A stretch of DNA of 64,000 bases from an uncultured archaeon (GTDB taxonomy: Archaea > Thermoplasmatota > Thermoplasmata > Thermoplasmatales > Thermoplasmataceae): positions 1,344,001 through 1,408,000 of the forward strand of contig CP009479.1 in NCBI GenBank assembly GCA_000965745.1. The letters run 5' to 3'. The position numbers were made by a program, and so were the translations under genes. The number at the start of each line of letters is the position of its first letter. Position 1 is the first letter of the stretch. The notes under the pieces were generated by a model. It was not told the origin of the DNA and did no database searches. It saw only the letters and a list, made by a program, of their open reading frames with translations. Positions 10,128-20,319 of the stretch are shown piece after piece.

Positions 10128-11450
10128 ATGGATAATCCTTTCTTTAAATATGCAGGAAAAAAGAACTTTCTCGTGGGCGATTTGTCCACGCTCGGCGGCT
10201 CATTTCAGCCGGAGTCGCTACCCCATCGGGAAAGTCAGATAGAGTTAATGGCCAATACACTGAGCAGTGTTATTAGGGGCACAAGGCCCTCCAATATACT
10301 GCTGTACGGGAAGACAGGATCTGGAAAAACATCAGTGGCAACCCATGTTACAAAGATGCTAAGGGAAGCGACAGATGACGGAGTCAAGGTATATTATGTA
10401 AACTGCCAGATTTACGATTCGCCCTATTCAATCATGGTTTCGCTGGTGAATATGCTTGCTCCTAACCAGGAGAATGAAATACCTCCGCTGGGATGGCCGC
10501 AGGACAGGATATATCTGGAACTCGTACGGAGAATCAACCGAATGGGAAAGTATGTTATCCTCATACTTGATGAAATTGACAAGCTTATTAAGAAGAATGG
10601 TGGCGACTCGCTTTATGTTCTCCTTAAGCTGCTGGACGACTCTGCAGGCTCAAGGACTTCCATAATAGGCATAACAAATGACACTAGCTTCATGGACGGT
10701 CTTGATGCAAGAGTTCGCAGCAGGCTGAACCAGGAGAGTGTGCTTTTTCCACCTTACAATGCCTCCGAATTGAGGGACATTCTAGTATACAGGCTTGCGG
10801 ATATAGTAAAACAGGGGTCGGTCGAGGAAGCAGCCATAAATCTTTGCGCTGCTATTGGGGCTCAGGAGCATGGTGACGCGAGGAAAGCCATAGATCTTAT
10901 GAGAATATCTATTGAGATGGCAATAAGGGCAGATAACCCCGCAGTTACAGAGGATGAGGTAGTGAAGGCAAGGGGAAAATTCGAGATGGATGTTATGAGA
11001 GAAGCGGTGACAACACTGCCCCTTCAGTCAAAGGTTCTTCTGTTGAGTGCGGTGATAACTCAGGAGCTTGACAATTCTCAGATGGTTACAGGGGAGATAT
11101 ATGAGAATTACAAGAGCATATGCAACGAGCTTGGATTCATGCCTTTAAGCACGAGGAGGATAAGCGATATCCTGTCAGAACTGGAGGACTTCGGCCTACT
11201 TACGGCCAAGACAAAGAGCATGGGAAGGTATGGAAGAACACGTTGGATCAGGGTTATTGGGGATTACAAGTCGATAAAGAGCCACCTTCTTGAGGATGAT
11301 CATCTGTCTACTTTCAGCGGAGGGGGCTTGATGAGGCAGACTAGAATCTCCAGCGCATCCGACGAGAAGGATGAATGGGGTTATATGAAAGCAACTGACA
11401 TTGGGGACAAACTTAGTGATCTAGCCAATTCTACGCTTGCAAATGACTGA
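10128..11450 (+). CDS. cdc6: Orc1/Cdc6 replication initiator
   Basis: GKTGSGKT, LDEID, EHGDARKAIDL, winged-helix GRYGRT. Confidence 0.95.
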   Translation: MDNPFFKYAGKKNFLVGDLSTLGGSFQPESLPHRESQIELMANTLSSVIRGTRPSNILLYGKTGSGKTSVATHVTKMLREATDDGVKVYYVNCQIYDSPYSIMVSLVNMLAPNQENEIPPLGWPQDRIYLELVRRINRMGKYVILILDEIDKLIKKNGGDSLYVLLKLLDDSAGSRTSIIGITNDTSFMDGLDARVRSRLNQESVLFPPYNASELRDILVYRLADIVKQGSVEEAAINLCAAIGAQEHGDARKAIDLMRISIEMAIRADNPAVTEDEVVKARGKFEMDVMREAVTTLPLQSKVLLLSAVITQELDNSQMVTGEIYENYKSICNELGFMPLSTRRISDILSELEDFGLLTAKTKSMGRYGRTRWIRVIGDYKSIKSHLLEDDHLSTFSGGGLMRQTRISSASDEKDEWGYMKATDIGDKLSDLANSTLAND

Positions 11451-11489
11451 ATTCTACCTCTGAAAAGGAAGGGATGTATATGTGCGCCC

Positions 11490-12122
11490 TCAAACTTTTC
11501 TGAATATGTAGCACATGTCGTCGGCAATATGGTAGAGGTTGAGCCCGTATTTCTTGCAGAAGTCGTACGGCGCATCACTCCAGTTGAAATTGTCAATAAT
11601 TATGAGGAATCTTTCAGATGCGTGCCCCATGAAGGTTTCCAGCTCAAACTCGACGTGCTGGTACGTATGGTCAGAATCATGAAAGAACATATCTACAGGT
11701 GACAGCCTTCCTATCTCTTCCGGGAGAGTCTTGGATGAGTCGCCAAGGATCAACTCCCATTTTTCACGCAGCTCGTTCGGTACTAACGCTCCCACAGGTA
11801 TCGGCTCATCTTCACCGAATTTCACTCCGAGGTCAAAACTGACAAGCCGCCCCTCCGTACCCTTCATAGCGCTGAGTATAGCCGTTGCTGTTGTTCCTGG
11901 CCCAACTCCGGTCTCAACCATGACCCTGGGGTGCATCAGCTTTACTGCCGCATACATGGACCTCAATTCATCATATGATACCTGCCAGTAGTTCTTGCCT
12001 CCAACCCTTGAATCCACGTAATCAACAACAGATTGGGCTTCCGATTCCAGCTCATGGAATCCCTGCTCATCCGTTCCAAGAAATTTAAGGAAATTATCTC
12101 TTTCCGAGGTCCTGTTTGTCAA
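11490..12122 (-). CDS. Class I SAM-dependent methyltransferase (Methyltransf_24-like)
   Basis: VETGVGPG, FFHDSDH. Confidence 0.8.
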   Translation of the reverse strand: MTNRTSERDNFLKFLGTDEQGFHELESEAQSVVDYVDSRVGGKNYWQVSYDELRSMYAAVKLMHPRVMVETGVGPGTTATAILSAMKGTEGRLVSFDLGVKFGEDEPIPVGALVPNELREKWELILGDSSKTLPEEIGRLSPVDMFFHDSDHTYQHVEFELETFMGHASERFLIIIDNFNWSDAPYDFCKKYGLNLYHIADDMCYIFRKV

Positions 12123-12804
12123 TTTTTATCACTTCTTCAACTTCGGGGACTATCACATTTACCTGGTGTTTTTCCTCGGTTTCCTTCTTGAATTTCTGCG
12201 GGTCTGCCTTTATCAGATCGAAGGTATTGTAGTGCATTGGTATAAAGTATGGCGATTTCAGGAGCCCGGCGGCATAGGTAGCTTCGTATTCGCTCATCGT
12301 ATAGAATCCCCCTATCGGGAGGAGGGAGATGTCAGGCTTGTACAGGTCAGATATTATGCTCATGTCGCCGAAAACCCCTGTATCTCCGGCGTGGTATACC
12401 GTAATGCCGCTGCTTATCACCATTCCGGCTGGATTCCCTGCATACTTTCCATCGAGGCTCGAAGAATGAAGGGCAGGAACAGCAGTTACTCTTATGCCGT
12501 CAACCTCAGTGGACCCACTGTAGTTGATCGCCCTTATGTCCAGATGTTTATTTTCAGAATTGAGCATCCATCCAAGTTCAACAAAAGTCACTATCGGAGC
12601 CTTATTTTTGCTTGCGATCTCAACAGCGTCACCAAGATGGTCCGAGTGGCCATGTGTAACAACGACAAGGTCTGCCTTGATATCATCTTTCTTTATCTTT
12701 GCCATAGGATTGCCTTCGATGAAGGGATCGACGACAACTTTCTTTCCGAAATCCAGCGTAAAACAAGCGTGTCCATGCCAGGTTATTTCAACTTTATCGG
12801 CCAT
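12094..12804 (-). CDS. Metal-dependent hydrolase, MBL fold (UPF0173)
   Basis: THGHSDH, HAGDT, PMHYNTF. Confidence 0.9.
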   Translation of the reverse strand: MADKVEITWHGHACFTLDFGKKVVVDPFIEGNPMAKIKKDDIKADLVVVTHGHSDHLGDAVEIASKNKAPIVTFVELGWMLNSENKHLDIRAINYSGSTEVDGIRVTAVPALHSSSLDGKYAGNPAGMVISSGITVYHAGDTGVFGDMSIISDLYKPDISLLPIGGFYTMSEYEATYAAGLLKSPYFIPMHYNTFDLIKADPQKFKKETEEKHQVNVIVPEVEEVIKIDKQDLGKR

Positions 12805-12965
12805 ATTTTAGAAATATACGATTATATTTATTTATTGTTGCTAAACCGTGCGTCTGGTGCACACCGTCTCTTTCTTCATGGACAAGACGGAACTCGCGGA
12901 AAAGTAATAAGGCCATGGCCTGGGAAATGAGCATAGGTATATTATAATCGTAATAATGGCGGGTT

Positions 12966-13151
12966 ATGCCAACAATAGAAATTACAGCCAGGCAGATGGA
13001 TGATGAGCAGAAACGCAATATCGCAAAGGGATTCGCTAAAGTCCTGATCGACAATGGAGTTCCAGAGAAGTCCATTACCATTCTGTTCAGACATATATCT
13101 GACAAAGATATAGCAAAAGGGTCCGGGGCATTCCCGTATTGGGAAGAGTAA
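12966..13151 (+). CDS. 4-oxalocrotonate tautomerase family protein
   Basis: N-terminal Pro after Met, 61 aa. Confidence 0.8.
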   Translation: MPTIEITARQMDDEQKRNIAKGFAKVLIDNGVPEKSITILFRHISDKDIAKGSGAFPYWEE

Positions 13152-13247
13152 CTCTTAACAGCCCTTCTTTGAACTTTCTATTTTATTTTGGTTTTTCTAA
13201 GTTATGTAGAAAGATAACTAAAAATTTTAGCTGGCCATTAACCCATC

Positions 13248-13832
13248 GTGAATGAGATCTTTGTGGCACTTTCCGGAATAGTACTGGGGGTCTCCTTGGC
13301 TGGTCCACCTGGCCCGGTAACTGCCATTATGGTGAGGAGATCTGCCGATAGTATCCTCAAAGGGGTTTACGTGGGGTTTGGCGCCATGTCTGCGGATCTT
13401 GTTCTCATGCTTCTTACCTTCTTCTTCCGTTCCAGGGTAGATCTTTCCGCTTACGATCCGTACATTTTCCTCCTGGGCTCTTTCTTCTTTATCCTGATCG
13501 CAGCATTCATCGCCAGGTCTAAGGACAACTCTTCCACCAGAAAATACAATTCGGGATATCTTGCAGGGTTGAGTGTAGGGCTCATAAACCCGATGCAGAT
13601 AGGATGGTGGCTTACCGCTGGACTAGGTTTTTATACGCAGTTCGGGCTTCTTCCCTTCTACTTCCTCTTTGTTGGAATAGTATTCTGGATACTCTTTCTA
13701 TCAATACTTGTGAACAGATTTTCAAACAGGTACGGAAGATATGTGAACATTGGCATAAAAATATTCAGCGTTTCAGCCTTGAGCATATTTGGAGTATATT
13801 TTGGATACCTTGGAACAATGGCCTTTATTTGA
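13248..13832 (+). CDS. LysE family exporter
   Basis: LAGPPGP, INPMQIGWW. Confidence 0.85.
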   Translation: MNEIFVALSGIVLGVSLAGPPGPVTAIMVRRSADSILKGVYVGFGAMSADLVLMLLTFFFRSRVDLSAYDPYIFLLGSFFFILIAAFIARSKDNSSTRKYNSGYLAGLSVGLINPMQIGWWLTAGLGFYTQFGLLPFYFLFVGIVFWILFLSILVNRFSNRYGRYVNIGIKIFSVSALSIFGVYFGYLGTMAFI

Positions 13833-13860
13833 ATCAAAATAAAAAAAAGAATTAAAGAGT

Positions 13861-14787
13861 TTACTGTATCACTCTGTCCCTGAAAGTTTCAACCGGGTCG
13901 ACAAGTGTTTTTCCATCAGGGCTGGCAATCACCTGGCTTGACGGAGGGTTGGAAAAGTATTCAGGGAGGTTCTTCTCAAGCCTCTTTGTAAATGGCGGGA
14001 CCGTCCTGTTGTCAAAGAAAACTCCGGTTGGTATCTTTTCGTCCCATTCCAGTCCCTTGTTGTAGGCTTTGGTGAATTTCTCCTGAAGGGATGAAACATT
14101 GTCCTCGGTAACTATCGGGTCCCATGAATCCTCATCTTCCAGCTTATAGACCCTGTTCCTGTACCAGTCCATCGTGTTGATGTTGTTGTATGTCGGACAT
14201 GGCTGAAGTACGTCTATGAGTGCAGAACCTTCATGCTGCATCCCTTTTTTTATTATCTCTTTCAACTGTTTGATGTCCGAGGTGAAACCTCTTGCTACAA
14301 AGGTATACCCTGATGTCAGCGCGAGTGCAATTGGATTCACCTTGCTGAACATGTTCGGCCTGGGAAGGCTTTTTGTCTGCTCACCAAGTGCAAGTGTCGG
14401 AGCAGCCTGTCCCTTCGTAAGGCCGTAAACTGCATTGTCATAAAGAATCACAGTTAGCCCCGTGTTTCTTCTTCCTTCGGCAACAAAGTGCCCGGCCCCT
14501 ATGCTCATAAGGTCTCCGTCCCCTCCTGTCACAAGGACATTCAGGTTGGGGTTGGCAAGCTTAACACCAGTAGCATAAGGTATGGCCCTTCCGTGAAGTG
14601 TGTGGACACCCGCAATATTCAGGTAGTGGGGGGTCTTTCCTGAGCACCCTATACCGGATACTGCGATTACATCGTTAGGATCCAGGTTCAATTCTCCAAG
14701 CGCCTGCGTAAGGGCACTTACTATTCCAAAGTCCCCGCAGCCAGGGCACCAGTCTATAGCTACGTCATTTCTATAATTATGCGCCAT
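13861..14787 (-). CDS. 2-oxoacid:ferredoxin oxidoreductase beta subunit
   Basis: WCPGCGD, GIGCS, GDGD TPP motif. Confidence 0.95.
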   Translation of the reverse strand: MAHNYRNDVAIDWCPGCGDFGIVSALTQALGELNLDPNDVIAVSGIGCSGKTPHYLNIAGVHTLHGRAIPYATGVKLANPNLNVLVTGGDGDLMSIGAGHFVAEGRRNTGLTVILYDNAVYGLTKGQAAPTLALGEQTKSLPRPNMFSKVNPIALALTSGYTFVARGFTSDIKQLKEIIKKGMQHEGSALIDVLQPCPTYNNINTMDWYRNRVYKLEDEDSWDPIVTEDNVSSLQEKFTKAYNKGLEWDEKIPTGVFFDNRTVPPFTKRLEKNLPEYFSNPPSSQVIASPDGKTLVDPVETFRDRVIQ

Positions 14788-16675
14788 TTTGCAACACCAC
14801 CATATGTTCTTTTGCTCCAATCAGGTTCTTTACAGCCCTCAGGATCTCATCCTCAGTCATGTGCCTTCCGTTATACTTCAGTATGCTGTCTTTTATCTCA
14901 AATCCAGTGTGCTGTTCTATAACTCTTGAAGCCTGGCCAAGCATGTTGCTCTCCACATTCACTACTCTCCTTGCCTTTGTCAGGACATCTCTAACGAAGT
15001 TTGTCGGGAATGGCTCAAACATCTTGAGGTAAAGCAGGTTTGCTTTGATCCCTTCTTCTGCAAGATCATCAATCACGTCGAGTATGGGCCCTTTTTGGCT
15101 TCCCCAGGTAACAAATGTTACATCTGCATCTTTAGATCCAAGTAGCTCCACCCTTTCTTCAAGGGGAATCTCCTTCTCGGCAGTCTTTATTTTCTTGAAA
15201 CGCTTCTCCATCATCCGGTCACGAATCTCAGTATCCTCAGTGACATGGCCTTGCTCGTCGTGCTCGTCCCCGGTCATCCAGAAAATGTTCTTCCCGAAAA
15301 CGCCCATTGGAGAGACTCCGTCCTCATTGTCAAGCGAATATCTCTTGAAATCCGCGTTCTCTTCGACTCTTACGCCGTTCTGGACACCCACTTTGTCAAC
15401 ATCAATATTCGGAACCATGTCAAGGGTATTTGCCAGGTTCTTGTCAATGAGGTGAATTACTGGAAGCTGGTATCTCTGTGCGTAGTTCAGTGCCTTGATG
15501 GCATCATAGACGCACTCTTCCACATCGCCGGACGAAAGCACTATTCTTGGGAATTCACCGTGGCCTGTGTTGAGGGCAAAGAGAAGATCCGACTGGCCAT
15601 TCCTTGTGGGAAGTCCTGTGCTGGGACCTCCTCTCTGGTAAAGTGTAACAACAAGAGGGACTTCATCCATTCCCGCAAAGGAAATTGCCTCCGCCATGAG
15701 TGAAAAGCCAGGCCCGGATGTGGCCGTTGAGCTCCTGACGCCTGTCAGGGCTGCCCCAATTGCCATTGTAATCGCTGCAAGCTCATCCTCGGTTTGAACT
15801 ACAACTATTCCTCCCTTGGCCAGCTTAGAATGCTCCTCGGACAGCCACTTTATGTTTTCGTGCTCTTCAATGATGGTGCTTTCATCACTTGCGGGAGTAA
15901 TAGGATAGTATGTCTGGAACCTGAGTCCCCCCATTATCTTGCCTATTGCAGAACCATCATTTCCCGTTATCAGAAGTCTTTCCTTCGACTCCCTCTTTTC
16001 GAGATGTATTCCGTTTAACTTGTTCTCTTCCACAAATTCGTAGGCTGCGCCCACTACATCAATGTTCGATGGGACGACCTTCTCCTTCGACGCAAAAATA
16101 ATCCTTATGGCTTTTTCAGCGAATTCCCGGTCAATGCCGGAGATTGCAAGTGTGATTGCCGACCCAAGGGTATTGTAGTACCTGGAAGGCGTCCCTTCCT
16201 TCACCACTGAAGTCACAATCTTGCTGAAAGGTATCGCAATTGGGATCCCGCCCCTATCCTTCATGTACTTGATTGAACCTGTAACATCGGGTGAATAGCC
16301 GTTTGCTTCAAGTGTCTTTCTTATCCTTCCCGCTGTGTCGTTTGTAATCATCCTGGCCTTTGAAAGCTCAGAGCCTTCGAAGCTGGAGTCGTAGATGATC
16401 TTTGTATTTTCACCGACATCCTCTATATGCTCGAAAATGGTGTCGGAATCGAGTGCGACAAGAACATCAAGAGGATATCTAAGGGATCTCGGCCTTTCTT
16501 GCTTTACCCTCATGTGGGTATAGCTGTGCCTTCCCTTGATATTTGAATGGTATTCTCTTACACTGAAAACGTTATAGCCAGCATAGGCGAAAGCCCTGCT
16601 TACCATGTTAGAGGAGGTATCTATACCCCCACCTTGAGGTCCCCCGATCGTGAGACTAATGTCTACTTTTGACAT
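14777..16675 (-). CDS. 2-oxoacid:ferredoxin oxidoreductase alpha subunit (gamma-alpha fusion)
   Basis: YPITP, TATSGPG, RGGPSTG. Confidence 0.95.
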   Translation of the reverse strand: MSKVDISLTIGGPQGGGIDTSSNMVSRAFAYAGYNVFSVREYHSNIKGRHSYTHMRVKQERPRSLRYPLDVLVALDSDTIFEHIEDVGENTKIIYDSSFEGSELSKARMITNDTAGRIRKTLEANGYSPDVTGSIKYMKDRGGIPIAIPFSKIVTSVVKEGTPSRYYNTLGSAITLAISGIDREFAEKAIRIIFASKEKVVPSNIDVVGAAYEFVEENKLNGIHLEKRESKERLLITGNDGSAIGKIMGGLRFQTYYPITPASDESTIIEEHENIKWLSEEHSKLAKGGIVVVQTEDELAAITMAIGAALTGVRSSTATSGPGFSLMAEAISFAGMDEVPLVVTLYQRGGPSTGLPTRNGQSDLLFALNTGHGEFPRIVLSSGDVEECVYDAIKALNYAQRYQLPVIHLIDKNLANTLDMVPNIDVDKVGVQNGVRVEENADFKRYSLDNEDGVSPMGVFGKNIFWMTGDEHDEQGHVTEDTEIRDRMMEKRFKKIKTAEKEIPLEERVELLGSKDADVTFVTWGSQKGPILDVIDDLAEEGIKANLLYLKMFEPFPTNFVRDVLTKARRVVNVESNMLGQASRVIEQHTGFEIKDSILKYNGRHMTEDEILRAVKNLIGAKEHMVVLQNGA

Positions 16676-16968
16676 ATGTTTCACGTTATTTCTTACTAAT
16701 TAAAAAACTTTTTAGAACTTCATTTTTCGCAGAGTCTGTGTTTTACAAAACTGTCGGGTGATGACATTTTTTTAAACTCCTTTGTTCAAATTATCCGGAA
16801 ACTATCAACAATCTACGAAAACCGAATGTGAAACCATAGTTTTTAGGGGACTGGATGTAGTAGCGTATTTATGTATCTTACTAATAACCCGTAGCGTAAA
16901 ATCCGGACGCGTACACCTCCATAGATCGATGGGGCGCATGTTGCAGGGATTTGAGTGGTGAATAAGAA

Positions 16969-17502
16969 ATGATGGTAGTTACAGGAATGCCTGGTGCAGG
17001 AAAGGACGAGTTTATAAAAGTAGCCAACGCACTGGGGATCAGAGATGTCCACATGGGCAATTCTGTTAGAAAATTTGCCGAGCAAAGCGGTGTCGTTTCG
17101 AACGATAACGGCATCGGAAAATTCGCTACAGATGAGCGAAACAGGTACGGTATGGACATCTGGGCAAAAAGAACTGCAGCGAATATTGAAGACCCTGTGA
17201 ACACGATAGTGGACGGTCTCAGAAACTATGAGGAACTGGAATTCTTCAAGAATGAATATAAGGACCTCAAGGTCATAGCTATCTTTGCAAACAGAGATAA
17301 CAGGCTTACAAGGATATTGAAGAGGGGAAGGGAGGATGACATCAGAAACATGTCTGAACTGATCCGCAGGGACGAGCGCGAACTCTCATGGGGGATCGGC
17401 AACGTCATCGCCCTCGCTGACTTCATGATGTTAAATGACTGTTCCCTTGAGAATTTCAGGTCCAGGGCTGAAGAATTCATTAAAAAGAAGATATTAAAGT
17501 AA
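16969..17502 (+). CDS. P-loop kinase, UPF0200/dephospho-CoA kinase-like
   Basis: TGMPGAGK, DGLR, RDERELSWG. Confidence 0.8.
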   Translation: MMVVTGMPGAGKDEFIKVANALGIRDVHMGNSVRKFAEQSGVVSNDNGIGKFATDERNRYGMDIWAKRTAANIEDPVNTIVDGLRNYEELEFFKNEYKDLKVIAIFANRDNRLTRILKRGREDDIRNMSELIRRDERELSWGIGNVIALADFMMLNDCSLENFRSRAEEFIKKKILK

Positions 17503-17505
17503 GGA

Positions 17506-18312
17506 TCATTTTGCAGTTATGATTCTGCTCATATAATTTACTAAGGAGTCGTAGAAGATTTTTCCGGTCCCGTACTCATTATCCCTTTCTGTACCAATCA
17601 TCTGGTATCCATAATACACCCTTTCCGGATGTGGCATGAGGCCGATGACATTTCCGGCTGTGTTGGTTATCGAGGCGATTGACTGAACGGAACCGTTGGG
17701 GTTCCAGGGGTATTCGTCAGAAGTACCGTCTTTATTCGTATATTTGAATAGAATCTGATCATTTTCTATCATGCGTGGAAGGTTATTTTCCTCATCCTTT
17801 ATGACAACTCTTCCCTCTGCATGTGCGACAGGTACCTGATACGGCCTGCCTTCTTCGAATTTTTCAGAGAATATTTTGTTTGATCCCACCCTCTTCATGT
17901 AGGTAAAGCGGCATTCAAACCGGTTTGATCTATTGAAAGTCAAGGTGACAGTTTTCTTCCAGTCTCCATCAAGATCGGGCAGCATACCTGTCTCGGCAAG
18001 AACCTGAAACCCGTTGCATACTCCTATCAGAGGTTTTTCTTCCTCGATAAATCTGCGCAAACCTTCTCTGGATGAATCCATGAGCCTGGCGGCAAAAATT
18101 GCACCGCCTCTCACGTAATCTCCAGCAGAAAATCCGCCAGGTATTATGGCTCCATCAAAATCATCGAACGATATTGTTCCTCTGCTGAGGTCATTGATAT
18201 GGACATATTCCGGTGAAGCACCGCTTCTTTTGAATGACAGGAGGGCCTCTTCCTCGTTGTTGGTACCCTCCATCCTAATTACGGCAACTTTTGGAGAATA
18301 TGCGCTATCCGT
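17506..18312 (-). CDS. purQ: Phosphoribosylformylglycinamidine synthase subunit PurQ (apparent ACG start; first ATG at 18273)
   Basis: PGGFSAGD, GVCNGFQ, MPHPER; KVAVIR strand lies upstream of the first ATG. Confidence 0.92.
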   Translation of the reverse strand, partial: TDSAYSPKVAVIRMEGTNNEEEALLSFKRSGASPEYVHINDLSRGTISFDDFDGAIIPGGFSAGDYVRGGAIFAARLMDSSREGLRRFIEEEKPLIGVCNGFQVLAETGMLPDLDGDWKKTVTLTFNRSNRFECRFTYMKRVGSNKIFSEKFEEGRPYQVPVAHAEGRVVIKDEENNLPRMIENDQILFKYTNKDGTSDEYPWNPNGSVQSIASITNTAGNVIGLMPHPERVYYGYQMIGTERDNEYGTGKIFYDSLVNYMSRIITAK

Positions 18313-18461
18313 TACTGTCCGCCTCTTCTCTCCTTGGCCTTGAACCTTAGTTCAGTGTACCCGCATTTTCTGCATCTCTTTGCGGTCGGGGCGTTTCTAG
18401 CATCGCACCTCATGCATATTTTCTTGTTCAGTCTTCTTTCAATTGCTTCTGCGAATGGCAT
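18312..18461 (-). CDS. rpl40e: 50S ribosomal protein L40e (not in ORF track)
   Basis: [44 protein letters not shown]. Confidence 0.95.
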   Translation of the reverse strand: MPFAEAIERRLNKKICMRCDARNAPTAKRCRKCGYTELRFKAKERRGGQ

Positions 18462-18551
18462 GATTGTTCAACCTTTTATGTCATGTCCCGCCTTAATGGC
18501 AAAGGAACATGAATAGCGATAGTTACAGGGTATATATGGATTTAGCATTTG

Positions 18552-20120
18552 TCATATGATTCTAGGGACAATTATTTCCCACAACAAAAGGAAGATTACA
18601 ACTATATTCAGAACCCCCATAATCCTGTTAAGAACACTTTCTTTACTGAGGAACGATAGCGATTTCCTTCTTCCTGCTATCAGGAAAGTATCCTTGAAGA
18701 ACTGGTTCCCGTCAAGTATCAGCAGAGGGAGAGCATTTGTAACCCCAAGAAGTATGTTGACCCAGTATAACCAGAAGAGCATGTTGACCGTTCCCCAGAA
18801 CAATCCTGCATTGAACGGGGTGTGGAATAGCTGTGTAAGATGGTGTGGAACCGGGGAAAAGCCGGAAAGGGGCAGGGAAATGGACGACAGAAAACCATAC
18901 CAGGGGTCAGTGAATATGCTGCTCAGAAATATGACAGGCTTAATGTCACTGAGGGATACGCCTGTCAAACCGAGATAACTCGAAGTAACACCTATGAAGC
19001 TCTGGTTCTTGTACACATCTTTGTTTGCCGTTGGATCGAATTGCGAGTAGTATGAATACTTTGTAACTGTAGTCAGGTTAAAATTGTCCACAGTTTTAAC
19101 GAACCCCTGTGAGCTTTCGTTGTAGCTGACAGTTACTATGTGGACAGTGGTTCCTGGTGTGATATTGTCCAGTGTATTCTCCATCCCGTTTTGATTATAG
19201 ACTATGCTTCCATTGATTGAATATATAATGGAACCTGTTTTTATTCCCACTTGGCTGGCAGGGAAATCCTGGAGTGTGGATAATATGTTGACACCTGACG
19301 GGTACTGGATTGTCCTCACTGAGGTACCATTAAATACCTCCATGGGAACGAGCTTCCCCGGGGTTATGTTTGAGTTGGTGAACATATTGTTAAGGGCTAG
19401 TCCCGAATAATTCCCATAGGCAATCAGCTCTTCGCCAGGGTGAATGAGGGACTGGTAGGGCTGATCCGATGAAACCCCCTGGATGTAGACCCCCTGGTGG
19501 ATAGGTTGTGCCGCAGGCATCATGACCGCTGATAGAATAAGTACCATGGCGATTCCCAGCACTATATTGATTCCGGCACCTGCGCCAAATATTCTTCTCC
19601 TGACAACAGGGTCAGACTTCGTGATCTCTTCCTCGTCAGGCTCAACAAATGCTCCCATTGGAACAACAAAAAAGAGTATCCCCACTGAATTGACTTTGAG
19701 CCCATGCTTCCTCGCTACTATGCCATGAAAAACCTCATGTATTACAACTGAGATAGCAAAAGCTGGTATTCCGTACGTCACCGGAATTATCGGGTTGACT
19801 CCGGGAATGCCGAGATAATAGGTCAGGGGAGTGCTAGCTCTTACAGTTAGCGTAGTGCTTAGGTAGGCACCATAGAAGAGGAAGAAAATTGCAAAAATTC
19901 CAGTCGCGAGTACCAATGCAACTGAGAAACGCGAAAAACCTATGGCAGGAAATTTCTCAGCCACCCGGTCGAGGATACCACGGCGCTTTATTGCCTTTAT
20001 CATAAGAAGCGGTCCAAGAAGAGAGATCCTCTTACTCTTCTTGATAAAAGGGGATAGTATCATCAAAAGTATTATCCATGCAAAAATTACAATAATGGCA
20101 ATAAGGAGACCGTTAACCAT
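18552..20120 (-). CDS. Site-2 (M50) intramembrane metalloprotease with PDZ-like domains
   Basis: HEVFH, GAFVEP, NALPLLILDG. Confidence 0.9.
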   Translation of the reverse strand: MVNGLLIAIIVIFAWIILLMILSPFIKKSKRISLLGPLLMIKAIKRRGILDRVAEKFPAIGFSRFSVALVLATGIFAIFFLFYGAYLSTTLTVRASTPLTYYLGIPGVNPIIPVTYGIPAFAISVVIHEVFHGIVARKHGLKVNSVGILFFVVPMGAFVEPDEEEITKSDPVVRRRIFGAGAGINIVLGIAMVLILSAVMMPAAQPIHQGVYIQGVSSDQPYQSLIHPGEELIAYGNYSGLALNNMFTNSNITPGKLVPMEVFNGTSVRTIQYPSGVNILSTLQDFPASQVGIKTGSIIYSINGSIVYNQNGMENTLDNITPGTTVHIVTVSYNESSQGFVKTVDNFNLTTVTKYSYYSQFDPTANKDVYKNQSFIGVTSSYLGLTGVSLSDIKPVIFLSSIFTDPWYGFLSSISLPLSGFSPVPHHLTQLFHTPFNAGLFWGTVNMLFWLYWVNILLGVTNALPLLILDGNQFFKDTFLIAGRRKSLSFLSKESVLNRIMGVLNIVVIFLLLWEIIVPRII

Positions 20121-20266
20121 CTGAACACAGATTTATGTAACCATAATAACGTTTTTCATAAATATTATGGGGACGTAGTTTGTAAATTGTCTGCCTATTG
20201 TTGTATTGACACGGAATTTTTCGACAATAGGTGAATTAAATTTCAAATATATATACCAAACGTCGA

Positions 20267-20278
20267 TTGTCTAGACAA
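20267..20278. promoter_or_regulatory. Perfect 12-bp palindrome TTGTCTAGACAA, candidate operator
   Basis: Lies in the divergent intergenic region upstream of fbp. Confidence 0.4.
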
Positions 20279-20319
20279 CTCAACAAAAAACTTTTAGTAT
20301 TTGTGACCATAATAAAACC

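Noticed and set aside
12166-12930. Long antisense ORFs (also 6872-7540, 35291-35878, 52844-53512, 58715-59422)
   Set aside because: Shadow frames opposite better-supported genes, with no recognisable motifs
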